64,000 nucleotides of DNA from a virus (Duplodnaviria > Caudoviricetes), in the IMG/VR virus record IMGVR_UViG_3300043803_000445, positions 498 to 64,497 of that record; one strand, given 5' to 3'. Numbering within the stretch: the first letter of the stretch is position 1; every line of letters begins with the position of its first letter. Position numbers and translations under genes: made by a program. Positions 31,401 to 41,562 of the stretch are shown here, piece by piece. The notes beneath the pieces are model-generated. The model did no database searches, was not told where the DNA came from, and saw nothing but the letters and a program-made list of their open reading frames with translations.

Positions 31401-34400
31401 CCGTGAGTTTGTGCTGTTGAAACAGTTACAGAGTAATTTTCAAAAGTTCCAGTAATTTTTGAATATTGTGTTGTTAATGAATGTGCTAATCCAATATTTG
31501 TTATTGGTGAAAAGAAATACAATGAATTATTTGTTGTTCCAATCCCTATAGTTGTTGTAAATCCTAAAGTAGATAAACCAATATAATCATTTCCTAAATT
31601 AACTGCATATACTGTTTGATTTTGATTTATTCTAAATGTAGAACCTGCACCAGTATTTGATACTACGATTCCATTTCCACCCAATCCAACATTATAAGTT
31701 AAAGATTGTCCCGTATAATATTTGTGATTTGGTATATAAATCGAACGAGATGGAACGAATTTATCATATACTGATCTATTGAAGGTAATTAAAGAAGTAG
31801 AAATTCCTCCACCAAGAGTATGATTTGGTGATATTTGAATACTTCCAATTCCAACACTTACAATAGTTGTTCCAGCAGAAACATTAGTTCCAGAAACATA
31901 ATCACCAATTTGTAATGCAGTAGTATTAATTCCAATATAACTTGTTATTCCAGCATTAAATGTTCCAAAATCAGTTTTAATGCCAACAAGTTTATAATAA
32001 TTTGTTCCATTAGTACCTATTCCTATCGTATTGGTGGGATTAAAATAAGTAGTTTTATTTTCGATAATAGTATCATCATACTGTGGGGCATTAAATGTAA
32101 ATGTATTAGGAAGCAATACCACAGAAACAATACCTACAGTATGAATTCCAGCATAATTTTCATATCGATTTACAAATAATTTTGACTCAGAAGATGATAT
32201 ATCAATGACCCTTAAAGTTTCTGTACCAATTTTAATTAAGTTATCAACTTCAAACCCAGAAATATCATTTACAGTAATATAAGTTGTTACACCAGTTGTT
32301 GATTGATTTGGGATATCATTCAATAAAGAAACAGATTTTTGATTTACTGATATTTTATTAAATCCTTGAATATAATTATATGGACTAGAAGAAATTGAAG
32401 TAACTAAAATTTCATCATTTGTAATTAAATTGTGTGGTATCCCTGTAATTCCTTTGATTTTTGTTCCTTTTGTAATAAAAGTCACCCCAGAAAAAGTAGA
32501 AACCCCAATTTGAATATTGGAAACTTCTTTTCCTGTAACTCTTGATACTGCAGCAGATGCCCCAGTTCCCCCAGAAGCAAAATCGTCAAAAACAAGATTA
32601 TCTCCCGTTTTATAATCTTGTCCTGGATCATAAATTGATATGGAATTTATACCAGAAGATTGTATTTGCTTTACTATAAATTCTTGTTTATATTTTGATT
32701 CAATTTTATTGATTAAATCGTAAGATGCATAGGAAGAATTTAAATAATATGGACCAGTATTTCTTACTATATTTAAATCATTAAAATCCAATTCTTGATT
32801 GAATGAGGATTCAAAATTTTCTTGTGTTGGAATATCTTTAAATTCTGAACCGATTACGTATGGATATTGTGGATTATTTTCATCATCAAGACTAAGAAAA
32901 TATCCATAATTAATATTTGGCAAATCACCATTATCTATAAACATCCCATTATATTTGTCCAAATCACCACTAGATTTTGCTTTATCATAATAAAAATCTT
33001 GAACAAAGAACCCAGAATTAAAATCTGGCCTTAAATTTAAATTAATTAAATTTGATATTTCAGACTCAGTAAGTTTATTATAACTTGATTTTAATTTTTT
33101 AATTTGCCCATTTATTTTACCATAAGGACCAAAAATAGGATTTCCATCATATGCCCATCCTAAAATTTGATATGGATTTATTGATCCTTTTGGTGGATTT
33201 TCTGTGCCATTTATGTTAATAAAATTATTTAAATTTTTTCTTAATTTTTTAGATGGATAATAATTTACAAATTGTAATCCAAAATCATCATTATCACTTG
33301 GTACAACAACACCTTCATCTTCAGAATTTATAATTGACTTATTTTTTTCAATTTGATTTATTTCCCATTCAAAAACATTACCTATAAATCTAGCACCAGA
33401 ACCTCTTTTTTTTATGGTTAATGATGTATTTGTTTTGTCATAATTTAATCCAGAATTAATAACTAAAACTTGAGTTATTTTTCCATTTACTACAGTTGGG
33501 TGCAATTCAGCATATTTGCCACTTTCACTAGTAACAACTATATCAATATCATTTGCATATCCATTTCCAGCATTTAATATTTGGACATCAACAATTAAAC
33601 CATTAGAAATAATAGGTTTCAATAACGCTTCAGATGTATAGTTACTTACAGTAACCAGTGGTTTTCTGTGAAAATTAATAATATCTGGTGTTCCATAATT
33701 TTCCCCATAATTTTCTATAAAAATATTATCAAAAGAACCAAGAACAATTGGGTTTAAAGATGGTTCTATGATTGTGGTAGTAATTCCACTAGTTGTTTCA
33801 ACATTAATTTGAATTGGTGGATATGAAAATTTATGAGTTCCTACTCCAACAGAACTAAAATTTACATATTTTTTATTAATATAATTTTCTCTAGAAATAT
33901 TTGTGGAAATTCCAGCAATTGATAGTTTAAATTTATTTTCATCAATTACAGTTACATGATAGTTAATTTGAGTGGATAAACCAGATATTGTAGTACCTGA
34001 TGATGTGTATAATACTAAATCTTCATTTTTAAAATTGTGATTTTTTGCAAAAATATAATTATCAAAAGTATTAATACCAACAGTAGTATTATCTGCAGAT
34101 AATATTGATGGAACTGCTATAAATCTATTTGAATATCCAGATCCACCATTCTTCACATATATTTTTGTTATTGTATTTTTTGATTTTAATGTTTTTAAAC
34201 TATGAACTCCAGAGTAACCAATTCCACTAATAGAAATTGTATTTATTCCAGATATAGAATCATTTTTTGAATTATATAATTTAATTTGTGTTGTGCTAGT
34301 TACTCCAACAAAATATGAAGCACTGTCAATAAGAGGAGATATGGAAGTATTTGAATTATTATTATAAAAAACTTCTTCAAAATTATCAAAATTATGATTT

Positions 34401-36853
34401 TGTGAAAAATTAATACTATTGTTGTATATACTGGTTGCTTTAAAGTTTGAAGTAATTTTAGTTTTTACTAAATTTGATTCCAATACTGCCCCAGAACCGT
34501 TACCACCAGTTAAAGTGATTTTTGGTTTTGATTGATAACCAACTCCTGGTGATAGTAATTTTACTTCTTTCAGACTTCCTGTTATACATCCATTTGCAAT
34601 TGCACCAAATCCAGAATTATCTTTAATACTTATTCCAGAAAAATTAATTACATCATATCCTTCCCCTTTACCATCAATGAATACAGAATCTAATTTTCCA
34701 TAGTAAATATTATCTTGAAAAATAGTTGTCGAAAATAATTCAACTCCGTCTGCCAAAATACCTATTTTTTTATTAATTGTTTTTCTTTTTTCAGGGTCAT
34801 CAAAAAATTGATTTTTCTTAGTTAAATTAAACTTTTTAAATAATTTTTGATGTTCTAATGTTTTATTTTGATAATTTAATTTTACAAAAGAATCTGCAAT
34901 TCCTACATTCGAAAATTCAATATAATTTTTGGTGTATAAATCAGTATTACTATAAGAAAGTTTAATATTATTCTCATCGTATTTCGTTAAAAAATAGATA
35001 GAAGTTTTAATTCCAGAATTAGAAGATGGGATATAATAAATTTTTTCTCCAGTATAAAAATTATGATTGGGACAATTTAATACACTTGTAATCCCTACAC
35101 TATCAATCCAATTTGGATTTGTAGTTTTAGTGACTTTTGTTTTTCTATCTGTTGCATAAATTGTATCATGTGGTAAACCAGAAGAAGTAACATAAAAATT
35201 ATCAAAATTATAATCAATATAAGTATTCTGTACCCCTGTTGGTAAAATCGAAATTGTTGAAAAATAATTTAAAGCACTACTTGCCTTTTTAATTATTTTT
35301 TTAATTTCAGTTTTTGATGCTATATTTAAATTTGTTTCATTAATATCAATATAATATCCATTATCATTAACCCCATAATCCTTTACACTTGCCGATAAAA
35401 TATTATCATTTTTGTCATCTGGGTTTAATAAGTTAAATCTATCTCCAGTAATAAAAGTCAATTTATCATACAAATATATTCTATTTCCGACAATAAATTT
35501 TATTTTGTGAGTTGTTGGTATATTATAATTCCAAAAATTAAATTCTTTTCTATCATTCAAATCAATTCCGAATGAAGAAAGTTGTATTTTATCCCCAACT
35601 CTTAAACTAGATGTTTGTGAATAATCAATGGTATCAATAATATTGATTAATCTAAATTCAACTTTAGTTCCATCATCTAGATATGAATATAAAAAGTTTT
35701 CCTCTACCAGTTCTTCATTAAAGTTTAAATCTGCAACAATTCCAGAAACTCCAAGAAATTCAGTTAAAGTCTTATCTGTATAAGTTAAAGTTATTGGATT
35801 TGTTAAATTTGATGTCTTTATAAACAAAGAACCACTTTTATTAAATCCAACTGTAGAATCTACTATAATAAACGAAGATTCTTTAACAACAGATTCTGAA
35901 ATATTTGTTTTTTTGGTTGGTTCAAAATTAAATACAAATGAAGTGGAATCCAAAGAAATTTCATATAAATCTCGGTCATCCACTGGTCTATACTCTACAT
36001 TATAAACAGCAGCACTAGCAGTTTTGCCATTACTTAAAGTTTCAAATATAGTTTTTCCTTTTAATTGTTTTCTTAAAACAGAATCATTAATTCTGAATGT
36101 TTCATCTCTAACTATCTGCTCGACCAAAATATTCTTAGTAACCAAATAATTATTATCAGAAGGTCTCAACAAATAATCTTGTGGTTTGATAACTTGAATG
36201 TCTTTACCAAAAAGAACATTAAATAAAATTTTATAAGAAGTATCAGTCCCCTTTGAAATATAAAAATCCTTTGCTCTAGATAAAATATTTTTTAAATTCA
36301 ATCCTGTTATAAACTGTCTATCCTCAAATCCAGGTAAAAATTGAGTTTTAAATTTTTTAAATATTTCATTAAAGAATAATAAATTTAAATTTGTTACTAT
36401 TCCCTCAGCACTATGTGATGTAGAATTGGTGGATGAAAATACAAAAGAATTATTATTTGAATGTTTGTCTATCCCACTAAATCCACGAATACATCCAGTA
36501 AAACTATTTGTAGTAATACCAGTATATGTAATAATTTCATCATCAATTTTCAATAAACCATATTTTTGTGGAAATCCAATTGTATGATTGACTATAATTA
36601 CATCATCAAAAGATGTCACATCTTCTACTAAGGTACAAGGAATTACCTGTGTATAAAATGTTTCATTGTTAAAATTATCAATGCTCTTATATTGTTGTAA
36701 ATTAACTGCTAAATCTACAACACCAGTTTGATGTTCTTGTGAAATATAATACTGCTCTAAAAATTCTTTAAACAGTGGTGAATCATCATTCAAAAATTCT
36801 GGAATTTGTGATTCAACAATAGATTGAATTTTTACTCTTTTGATTTCAGACAT
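28499..36853 (-). CDS. gp7: Baseplate wedge initiator gp7-like protein, N-terminal part
   Basis: 2784 aa; ESQIPEF, DFYISKGT, GWAYDGNPIFGPYG, DNSYYQKFSYSIK, HPAGFK; follows gp6. Confidence 0.8.
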   Translation of the reverse strand: MSEIKRVKIQSIVESQIPEFLNDDSPLFKEFLEQYYISQEHQTGVVDLAVNLQQYKSIDNFNNETFYTQVIPCTLVEDVTSFDDVIIVNHTIGFPQKYGLLKIDDEIITYTGITTNSFTGCIRGFSGIDKHSNNNSFVFSSTNSTSHSAEGIVTNLNLLFFNEIFKKFKTQFLPGFEDRQFITGLNLKNILSRAKDFYISKGTDTSYKILFNVLFGKDIQVIKPQDYLLRPSDNNYLVTKNILVEQIVRDETFRINDSVLRKQLKGKTIFETLSNGKTASAAVYNVEYRPVDDRDLYEISLDSTSFVFNFEPTKKTNISESVVKESSFIIVDSTVGFNKSGSLFIKTSNLTNPITLTYTDKTLTEFLGVSGIVADLNFNEELVEENFLYSYLDDGTKVEFRLINIIDTIDYSQTSSLRVGDKIQLSSFGIDLNDRKEFNFWNYNIPTTHKIKFIVGNRIYLYDKLTFITGDRFNLLNPDDKNDNILSASVKDYGVNDNGYYIDINETNLNIASKTEIKKIIKKASSALNYFSTISILPTGVQNTYIDYNFDNFYVTSSGLPHDTIYATDRKTKVTKTTNPNWIDSVGITSVLNCPNHNFYTGEKIYYIPSSNSGIKTSIYFLTKYDENNIKLSYSNTDLYTKNYIEFSNVGIADSFVKLNYQNKTLEHQKLFKKFNLTKKNQFFDDPEKRKTINKKIGILADGVELFSTTIFQDNIYYGKLDSVFIDGKGEGYDVINFSGISIKDNSGFGAIANGCITGSLKEVKLLSPGVGYQSKPKITLTGGNGSGAVLESNLVKTKITSNFKATSIYNNSINFSQNHNFDNFEEVFYNNNSNTSISPLIDSASYFVGVTSTTQIKLYNSKNDSISGINTISISGIGYSGVHSLKTLKSKNTITKIYVKNGGSGYSNRFIAVPSILSADNTTVGINTFDNYIFAKNHNFKNEDLVLYTSSGTTISGLSTQINYHVTVIDENKFKLSIAGISTNISRENYINKKYVNFSSVGVGTHKFSYPPIQINVETTSGITTTIIEPSLNPIVLGSFDNIFIENYGENYGTPDIINFHRKPLVTVSNYTSEALLKPIISNGLIVDVQILNAGNGYANDIDIVVTSESGKYAELHPTVVNGKITQVLVINSGLNYDKTNTSLTIKKRGSGARFIGNVFEWEINQIEKNKSIINSEDEGVVVPSDNDDFGLQFVNYYPSKKLRKNLNNFININGTENPPKGSINPYQILGWAYDGNPIFGPYGKINGQIKKLKSSYNKLTESEISNLINLNLRPDFNSGFFVQDFYYDKAKSSGDLDKYNGMFIDNGDLPNINYGYFLSLDDENNPQYPYVIGSEFKDIPTQENFESSFNQELDFNDLNIVRNTGPYYLNSSYASYDLINKIESKYKQEFIVKQIQSSGINSISIYDPGQDYKTGDNLVFDDFASGGTGASAAVSRVTGKEVSNIQIGVSTFSGVTFITKGTKIKGITGIPHNLITNDEILVTSISSSPYNYIQGFNKISVNQKSVSLLNDIPNQSTTGVTTYITVNDISGFEVDNLIKIGTETLRVIDISSSESKLFVNRYENYAGIHTVGIVSVVLLPNTFTFNAPQYDDTIIENKTTYFNPTNTIGIGTNGTNYYKLVGIKTDFGTFNAGITSYIGINTTALQIGDYVSGTNVSAGTTIVSVGIGSIQISPNHTLGGGISTSLITFNRSVYDKFVPSRSIYIPNHKYYTGQSLTYNVGLGGNGIVVSNTGAGSTFRINQNQTVYAVNLGNDYIGLSTLGFTTTIGIGTTNNSLYFFSPITNIGLAHSLTTQYSKITGTFENYSVTVSTAQTHGLETDDKIKFNVYPSFSNTIKLRYDPKLRKITTDKINFNASSVGVNTQTNEITIIDNKLKTGDKVVYYTNGNTVIGGLDDNKTYYILKQDPDKIKLSNYLYDATVGTCISFTSVGASIHSIALINPPISLTKGDSLTFDLSDASGMDLRLYKDPNFVKEIESFKYIDNGNRKLNTQTTDVPNEIYYNLIPSESSFSELFQISSDKEVVGNNRIKIVSSIFNNEYSIIGIGSTAFKFNLNTKPENTLYTTSSGVSTIFYDTNSTNTTGSISKIKVNFGGKRYTKLPKISSIETISGKNAILKSSSSTIGKVDYLERVKDGFNYPTDITLTPFLSAPAIVQIKDILRIDYIGITTGGRGYNTAPSLKVIGNDKIKLSAELQSGSIVGVRVIENTNDLTTPLRIVPINNSNGYEIDDIVATNDGSTVTLELLNDTQLYPLITTGYGKTETIFPFAVGDEIFIEKCRQQDRTKDNFNSKDYGYKFFTVTGISSENFTVTFSMTGVKDNLNLNQDNLEGNYINTYGYGVVINKKDMPEFEMVLIDDLSYISGEKVTGFDNVGNSVFSATVMENGWDNDINQLRLIDAKGELEVGNKLKGEKSLLNGTVEFTNKFNLNSSLGVSRDKVNDVGNEIGFLNNYQQRISDNSYYQKFSYSIKGEIAYDVWKEPVRSTIHPAGFKEFSDLDVISFISSTSTKNLKVGIANSTLDLVVNIDNLSSFYNRNNFSLITEDEESLFEDGSIERVNIGAAEANVAGVGVIGPIFGRALKPYISSKTNKVLLIDDISDKFNGSNEYISIASTSALFDSFYPYYINLTTDNLNVGDYVGFSTLLIPDNTVITEIGVGSVRLNLPHKLNHGTQTSNVKIRRRLPGNSVVGIKSFSLTSKGTPLFYREFNSSSNSVVNIDNDIINLPNHNFQTGQKILYSGTISEFNPAGIANTSVENTFAYGINKKFDDTIWASFDMTTFTFDSN

Positions 36854-36854
36854 C

Positions 36855-38735
36855 TTATCTTGTATAATTTCCGTTTACGTAACTTGATGTGACCGCATAT
36901 TGTGTTGCTGAAGTATTTTCACCAGACGTAATCACATCTTCCAGCACACTTACATTAAGTTTAGTTATATCTAGTTCCAAGTATATATCCTTCAACGCAA
37001 GGACATCATTTGACTCTGGTATTGCTTCAATTTCAATACCAGCAATACTTGTGGATGATGTGAATGTGATTGTAGTTAATCTAATTTCACCTTTCATATA
37101 ATCCACAGTTCCAGCATTATTGTTTACAATTACAGGGATATCATCAACCAGTTTAAAGAAAAATATAGTTCCAGTTTGATCAGTTTTTGGAATATCACTC
37201 ATATACAAAGTTCCACTTACATCTTGCACTGTAAATCCAGTTGATTTTATATTATAACCTCTGCCATCAGAATTTAATTTTTTGATATGAAATTGATTTC
37301 CAAAACAAATTTCATATGTTGCTAATTTATTAAACTCAGGTTGCAAATCCCTTCTGATTTTGATTTTAGTAATATTAGAAGTAATAGATGTACTTGTATT
37401 ATCAATCAAAGAAGAAACTTTACTATATTTAAATCTACCACCAAAACTATTCAACTCAGTTGATTTACTATAGGATTCTAAAGTATTTACAACTCTCAGT
37501 TGTAAATTATTTGGATCTATTGTAGTACTTTTATCATAATAAACTGTTGTGTCTAATTCAACATACATATATTTCAAATCAATAATTTCTGGTTTAATTC
37601 CAGCAATTGAATATTGTCTTAAATCTTTTTTAATACTATCTTTTGTAATTTGTGAAAGATATTTACCATTTCTTGGTTTAATTGAAATAAAAACTTTACC
37701 GTACTCTGGTGGATCTAATTCATCCCCACCATATGCCGTTACAGTATCTACATTTGGAAATATATATGGAATTAGACCTTTATAGTCATTTGCCGTTACT
37801 GCACGGTATTGTGATGCATATACTCTAGGACCAAGATACTTAATGGAATCAATGGTTTCAATATCATCACCATTTTCTGACGGTTGTGTAGTAGTTAATA
37901 GAGAAATATTGTTTGTAATTGAAGTGCTATTATTATCAGTTAAAATTCCAGAAAAAGTAAAGTTTGCTGCACCATTCGCATCTTTTCCATTGGTAATGAT
38001 ATAACTGATGAAAATAGTACTTCCACTAATTGGTTTTTTCCCTATAATATCATCACCAAATAAAATCTCATATTTTTCATCATCTATTTCTTGTGTTAAA
38101 AAAAGTTTTGAATCTTTATTTACTTGGAAAATATTCGAATATGATACATATTTTTCAGTAATCACACCAGTAACTTTTACACGAATTGTAGATGAATCCA
38201 CACCAGTGTTTGGAATTGTAAATCTTTGATTTACTTGTGATGCATCTACTGTATATGTTTTTGTTAAATATGAACCTTCATAGATATCAATTCCAGTAAA
38301 ATTCGCATATCCATTATTATCAACTACTACTGTGATATCCTCTGGAATTGAAAAGATATAATTACCATTTTCGACAGCACCTAAAGCAACGATTCCTGCC
38401 TTTAGAGTAACTGTTTTTGAATTTAACCCTGTTGTATTAACTGTAAAACTAACTTTTGCTTTTGATGCTCTTTTGGATCTGGGAACATATCCAATATTAC
38501 GTGCAAGAGAGACTACATTTTCTCGAAGAGTTGCACTATCAATAAAGGATTCGTTCACTGCCATATTTGTATTGAAGGCAGTGATATAAGAGTTATATGC
38601 TAGTATATCAATTAAACTTGAAAAATTAGAACCTTCAAAATCAAAATCCGTGAAATTACTATTCGATCTCAGATAGTCCTTTATCTGAGTACGTAAATCA
38701 TTAAAATCTAGATTTGTAAAATTATTGAAGGACAT
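36855..38735 (-). CDS. gp6: Baseplate wedge subunit gp6
   Basis: FTDFDFEGSN, SATLRENVVSLARNIGYVP, QYRAVTANDY, PPEYGKVFISIKP. Confidence 0.95.
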   Translation of the reverse strand: MSFNNFTNLDFNDLRTQIKDYLRSNSNFTDFDFEGSNFSSLIDILAYNSYITAFNTNMAVNESFIDSATLRENVVSLARNIGYVPRSKRASKAKVSFTVNTTGLNSKTVTLKAGIVALGAVENGNYIFSIPEDITVVVDNNGYANFTGIDIYEGSYLTKTYTVDASQVNQRFTIPNTGVDSSTIRVKVTGVITEKYVSYSNIFQVNKDSKLFLTQEIDDEKYEILFGDDIIGKKPISGSTIFISYIITNGKDANGAANFTFSGILTDNNSTSITNNISLLTTTQPSENGDDIETIDSIKYLGPRVYASQYRAVTANDYKGLIPYIFPNVDTVTAYGGDELDPPEYGKVFISIKPRNGKYLSQITKDSIKKDLRQYSIAGIKPEIIDLKYMYVELDTTVYYDKSTTIDPNNLQLRVVNTLESYSKSTELNSFGGRFKYSKVSSLIDNTSTSITSNITKIKIRRDLQPEFNKLATYEICFGNQFHIKKLNSDGRGYNIKSTGFTVQDVSGTLYMSDIPKTDQTGTIFFFKLVDDIPVIVNNNAGTVDYMKGEIRLTTITFTSSTSIAGIEIEAIPESNDVLALKDIYLELDITKLNVSVLEDVITSGENTSATQYAVTSSYVNGNYTR

Positions 38736-39133
38736 TATATTCTAGTTGGTTGTAAAAGAAACTCTATATTTTGAGGAGGAAATGGAATTCCAACAATATC
38801 ATAAGAAATTTTTACATTTAATTCATTTGAATCTTCTATAGATTCAACAATTACATCTCTTACTACAATTCTTGGTTCAAAGTTACTTAATACTGTTTTA
38901 ATTTCTTCATCAAGTATTGTCGAAACTTCTGGTCCATTTAGTTCAAATAAAGAATTATCAACAGAGGTTCCCAATAAATTATTGAAGAACCTCTCACCAA
39001 TACGAGTTCTGACTAAGTTAATAACCGATTTTTTAATTGCATCCTCATTTTTTAAGATAAGAATATCATTCGTCACTGGATGTCTAGAAAAAGACAAACT
39101 AATGTCCTTAAAACTTCTAGAAATACTAAGCAT
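38735..39133 (-). CDS. gp25: Baseplate wedge subunit gp25
   Basis: FKDISLSF..HP, NEDAIKKSV.NL, GERFF, FEPRI. Confidence 0.93.
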   Translation of the reverse strand: MLSISRSFKDISLSFSRHPVTNDILILKNEDAIKKSVINLVRTRIGERFFNNLLGTSVDNSLFELNGPEVSTILDEEIKTVLSNFEPRIVVRDVIVESIEDSNELNVKISYDIVGIPFPPQNIEFLLQPTRI

Positions 39134-39171
39134 TTAAACAATGAGTATATTTAATATATCTATAATACTTT

Positions 39172-39411
39172 TTAAATCATTTTTCCGTATGTTGGTTCAG
39201 TTCCATAATCCCAATCATCATAATCTTCATCATTTCTAATTCTTTCGTGCAATTCAGTTTGTTTTTTTAGATTATGCTTTGGAGCATTATCGTGCATAAT
39301 CTCTTGAATTACTCTCTTTGGTTTTTCTGTATCAATATCAGTGATGAGTCTTGTAGTCCCCCACATTTCTCTCATATAATTTTTGTCTCGATCGACTTGG
39401 TAAAATGACAT
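39172..39411 (-). CDS. Hypothetical protein
   Basis: 79-aa ORF in operon orientation. Confidence 0.6.
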   Translation of the reverse strand: MSFYQVDRDKNYMREMWGTTRLITDIDTEKPKRVIQEIMHDNAPKHNLKKQTELHERIRNDEDYDDWDYGTEPTYGKMI

Positions 39412-39446
39412 TTTAGATCCTCTGTTTTTAAATTTAAAAACAGAAC

Positions 39447-39473
39447 TTTTAAGGAGGTTTCTATCTCCTTAAA
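39447..39473 (-). terminator. Probable intrinsic terminator after speD
   Basis: Inverted repeat TAAGGAG...CTCCTTA immediately downstream of the speD stop. Confidence 0.45.
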
Positions 39474-39477
39474 CTAT

Positions 39478-39819
39478 TTAACGATCTAACTGACGAAGTT
39501 TATAATTTTTGGAATTAAAATACTTCAACAATTCTAGTGCAACTAATTTTGGATTTCCTTCACCACAAGTATAAACATCTATTGCAATACAACCTTCCTC
39601 AGGCCAAGTATGACAAGAAACATGACTTTCTGAGAGTGCAATCACAATTGTAAGACCTTGAGGATGAAAACAGTGCTGAAAAATATTCAAAATTGTCATT
39701 CCAGCACGTTGAATGCCACGTTCCATCACCTTCTGAAGAGCAATACCATCATTCAGAAGATTGTGTTCTACATCATAAACCTCCAAAAGAAGGTGATTGC
39801 CCATCGAAAACTGTTTCAA
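39478..39819 (-). CDS. speD: S-adenosylmethionine decarboxylase proenzyme (pyruvoyl-dependent)
   Basis: GNHLLLE, F.PQG.T, self-cleavage motif LSESHVSCHTWPE, DVYTCG. Confidence 0.9.
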   Translation of the reverse strand: MKQFSMGNHLLLEVYDVEHNLLNDGIALQKVMERGIQRAGMTILNIFQHCFHPQGLTIVIALSESHVSCHTWPEEGCIAIDVYTCGEGNPKLVALELLKYFNSKNYKLRQLDR

Positions 39820-39849
39820 TTCAATATCTTTGGTAAAAATTTATTTATT

Positions 39850-40479
39850 TTAATTTAAATTTTTAATTTCGTACATATAATGATCGGATGTTTCGATTTT
39901 TCTTTTATTTTCAACCGAATACACAGTTAAGTCAATTTCATATCCTGGATTTTTGTCGATTCTATTAAATGTCCAGGCATTATCATACCAAATAATACGA
40001 TTATTTGGATATGCATAGTAATTTCCAGTTTCTACCTTGAATAAATGAGCACATTTATGTTCAGGAGTCTCTGAAAAATTAAGATCAGTGACTCCTTTAT
40101 TTTCCCATGACCAATCAAGAGTAAACATATAACTTCCAATCACCCTTTTTCCATCAGGACGAATTAATTCTGCTTGTAATCCAGCGAGACGAGCACGTTT
40201 TTGAACATCAACATACGGAGAAAAGCAGTCCCAGTACATAATATCCTCTAGAGGTTCTATTTCTGCATCTGATTTCCAACAAAAGGCGTGAAGAGGTCTA
40301 CGAGTCCAATTCACGCCATTTTCAAGGAATGCTTCAAATAAAGGGACTCTTTTTTCAATACTGGCAACACAATGTACATCACATTTAGTTACTTCACCGT
40401 GACCCTTTTTGTGATTAAAAAGAAATTCATTACGAATATAACAGGACCAATCTGGAAGACTGTGATTTAGATAAGCCAT
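39850..40479 (-). CDS. Conserved hypothetical protein
   Basis: 209 aa; MAYLNHSLP...WDCFS...FTLDW...EHKCAH...AYPNNRI. Confidence 0.7.
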   Translation of the reverse strand: MAYLNHSLPDWSCYIRNEFLFNHKKGHGEVTKCDVHCVASIEKRVPLFEAFLENGVNWTRRPLHAFCWKSDAEIEPLEDIMYWDCFSPYVDVQKRARLAGLQAELIRPDGKRVIGSYMFTLDWSWENKGVTDLNFSETPEHKCAHLFKVETGNYYAYPNNRIIWYDNAWTFNRIDKNPGYEIDLTVYSVENKRKIETSDHYMYEIKNLN

Positions 40480-40482
40480 TAT

Positions 40483-40620
40483 TTACCGTCCTTGACCTCG
40501 ATACTTTTTACGTGCTACATTGCGACTCGTAGCAGCATATTTAGTATTTCTACTAGCACCTTGTCGAGTATTTTTTGGAACACTCGCAATCTGCATATCC
40601 TTTCGACTCTTTTGCGCCAT
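40483..40620 (-). CDS. Small highly basic protein (45 aa)
   Basis: Not in ORF track; MAQKSRKDMQIASVPKNTRQGASRNTKYAATSRNVARKKYRGQGR; GGAG RBS upstream. Confidence 0.7.
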   Translation of the reverse strand: MAQKSRKDMQIASVPKNTRQGASRNTKYAATSRNVARKKYRGQGR

Positions 40621-40769
40621 TTTTAATTCTCCAACTAACGGTTTTATAAGGGGGTTTTTATAAAGTCTCTCAAGCCAATAAAAATGCCTCTATAAGACAA
40701 TAAAAACCTCATAGAGACATTCTATCATAACGTTTTAAAGAAGGTCAAGAAAGACCTTCCAGACACTTA

Positions 40770-41519
40770 TCAGATGATTCGTGTCTTTTCGTGTCCAACA
40801 CGAATCAAAGGATCACACCAAATCTCATATCCTTGTTCTTTTGCATCCAGACAGAATGAAACATCCTCTCCACACATATCTTGAACCTCTCCAGATTCAA
40901 AAACTTGCATCTTCGGTGCAAACCAAGGATACTCAAGACTTTCAAATACTCCTTTCTTAATCAATACCCATCCAAATCCAGTATAATCAACTGTAAATGG
41001 TTTACGACGTTTCTGAATCGTATCTAGTGTCTCGTGATTCATTACACCACCAGACTTTCGGAAATCATCTTCTTCCAACCAATGTGCAACAGACGTGGTG
41101 TGACCATCCTCAGTGCAATACCATCCAGCAGCAATATCCTTATCCATTGCAACAAGACGATAGAACTTCTCAGTGTCGAAGACAATATCACTGTCAATCC
41201 AGAGTTGATAATCATACTGCAATTTACCATCCCAAGGAATCTGCTTGGGTCCTCTGAGTACATTCGCACCAAGTACCTTGCATCGTGCAAAGTTTACCAT
41301 TGAAGAATAATCTTGACTAATCTGAATACTTGCACCACTCTGTACTAAATCAAAACAAAGTTGTACGAAGTTCTTCAAATAAATGTAAGATACTCCTCGT
41401 CCAGGAAGACAAAAAACAATTGACTTCCCACGAATCATTTCTTTTGCTGCTTCTAAATTAAACTCTCCTTCCACAGGTCCTGTGGGAAGTTTTGCTTTTA
41501 CTGTAAATCCTTTAGCCAT
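40770..41519 (-). CDS. GT-A fold glycosyltransferase-like protein
   Basis: LWIDSDI DxD motif, TGFGWVLIK, GEDVSFC, VGHEK. Confidence 0.75.
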   Translation of the reverse strand: MAKGFTVKAKLPTGPVEGEFNLEAAKEMIRGKSIVFCLPGRGVSYIYLKNFVQLCFDLVQSGASIQISQDYSSMVNFARCKVLGANVLRGPKQIPWDGKLQYDYQLWIDSDIVFDTEKFYRLVAMDKDIAAGWYCTEDGHTTSVAHWLEEDDFRKSGGVMNHETLDTIQKRRKPFTVDYTGFGWVLIKKGVFESLEYPWFAPKMQVFESGEVQDMCGEDVSFCLDAKEQGYEIWCDPLIRVGHEKTRII

Positions 41520-41562
41520 AAAATAATTTTTTCTCGATACTACATGATTTTACCACAGCAAC

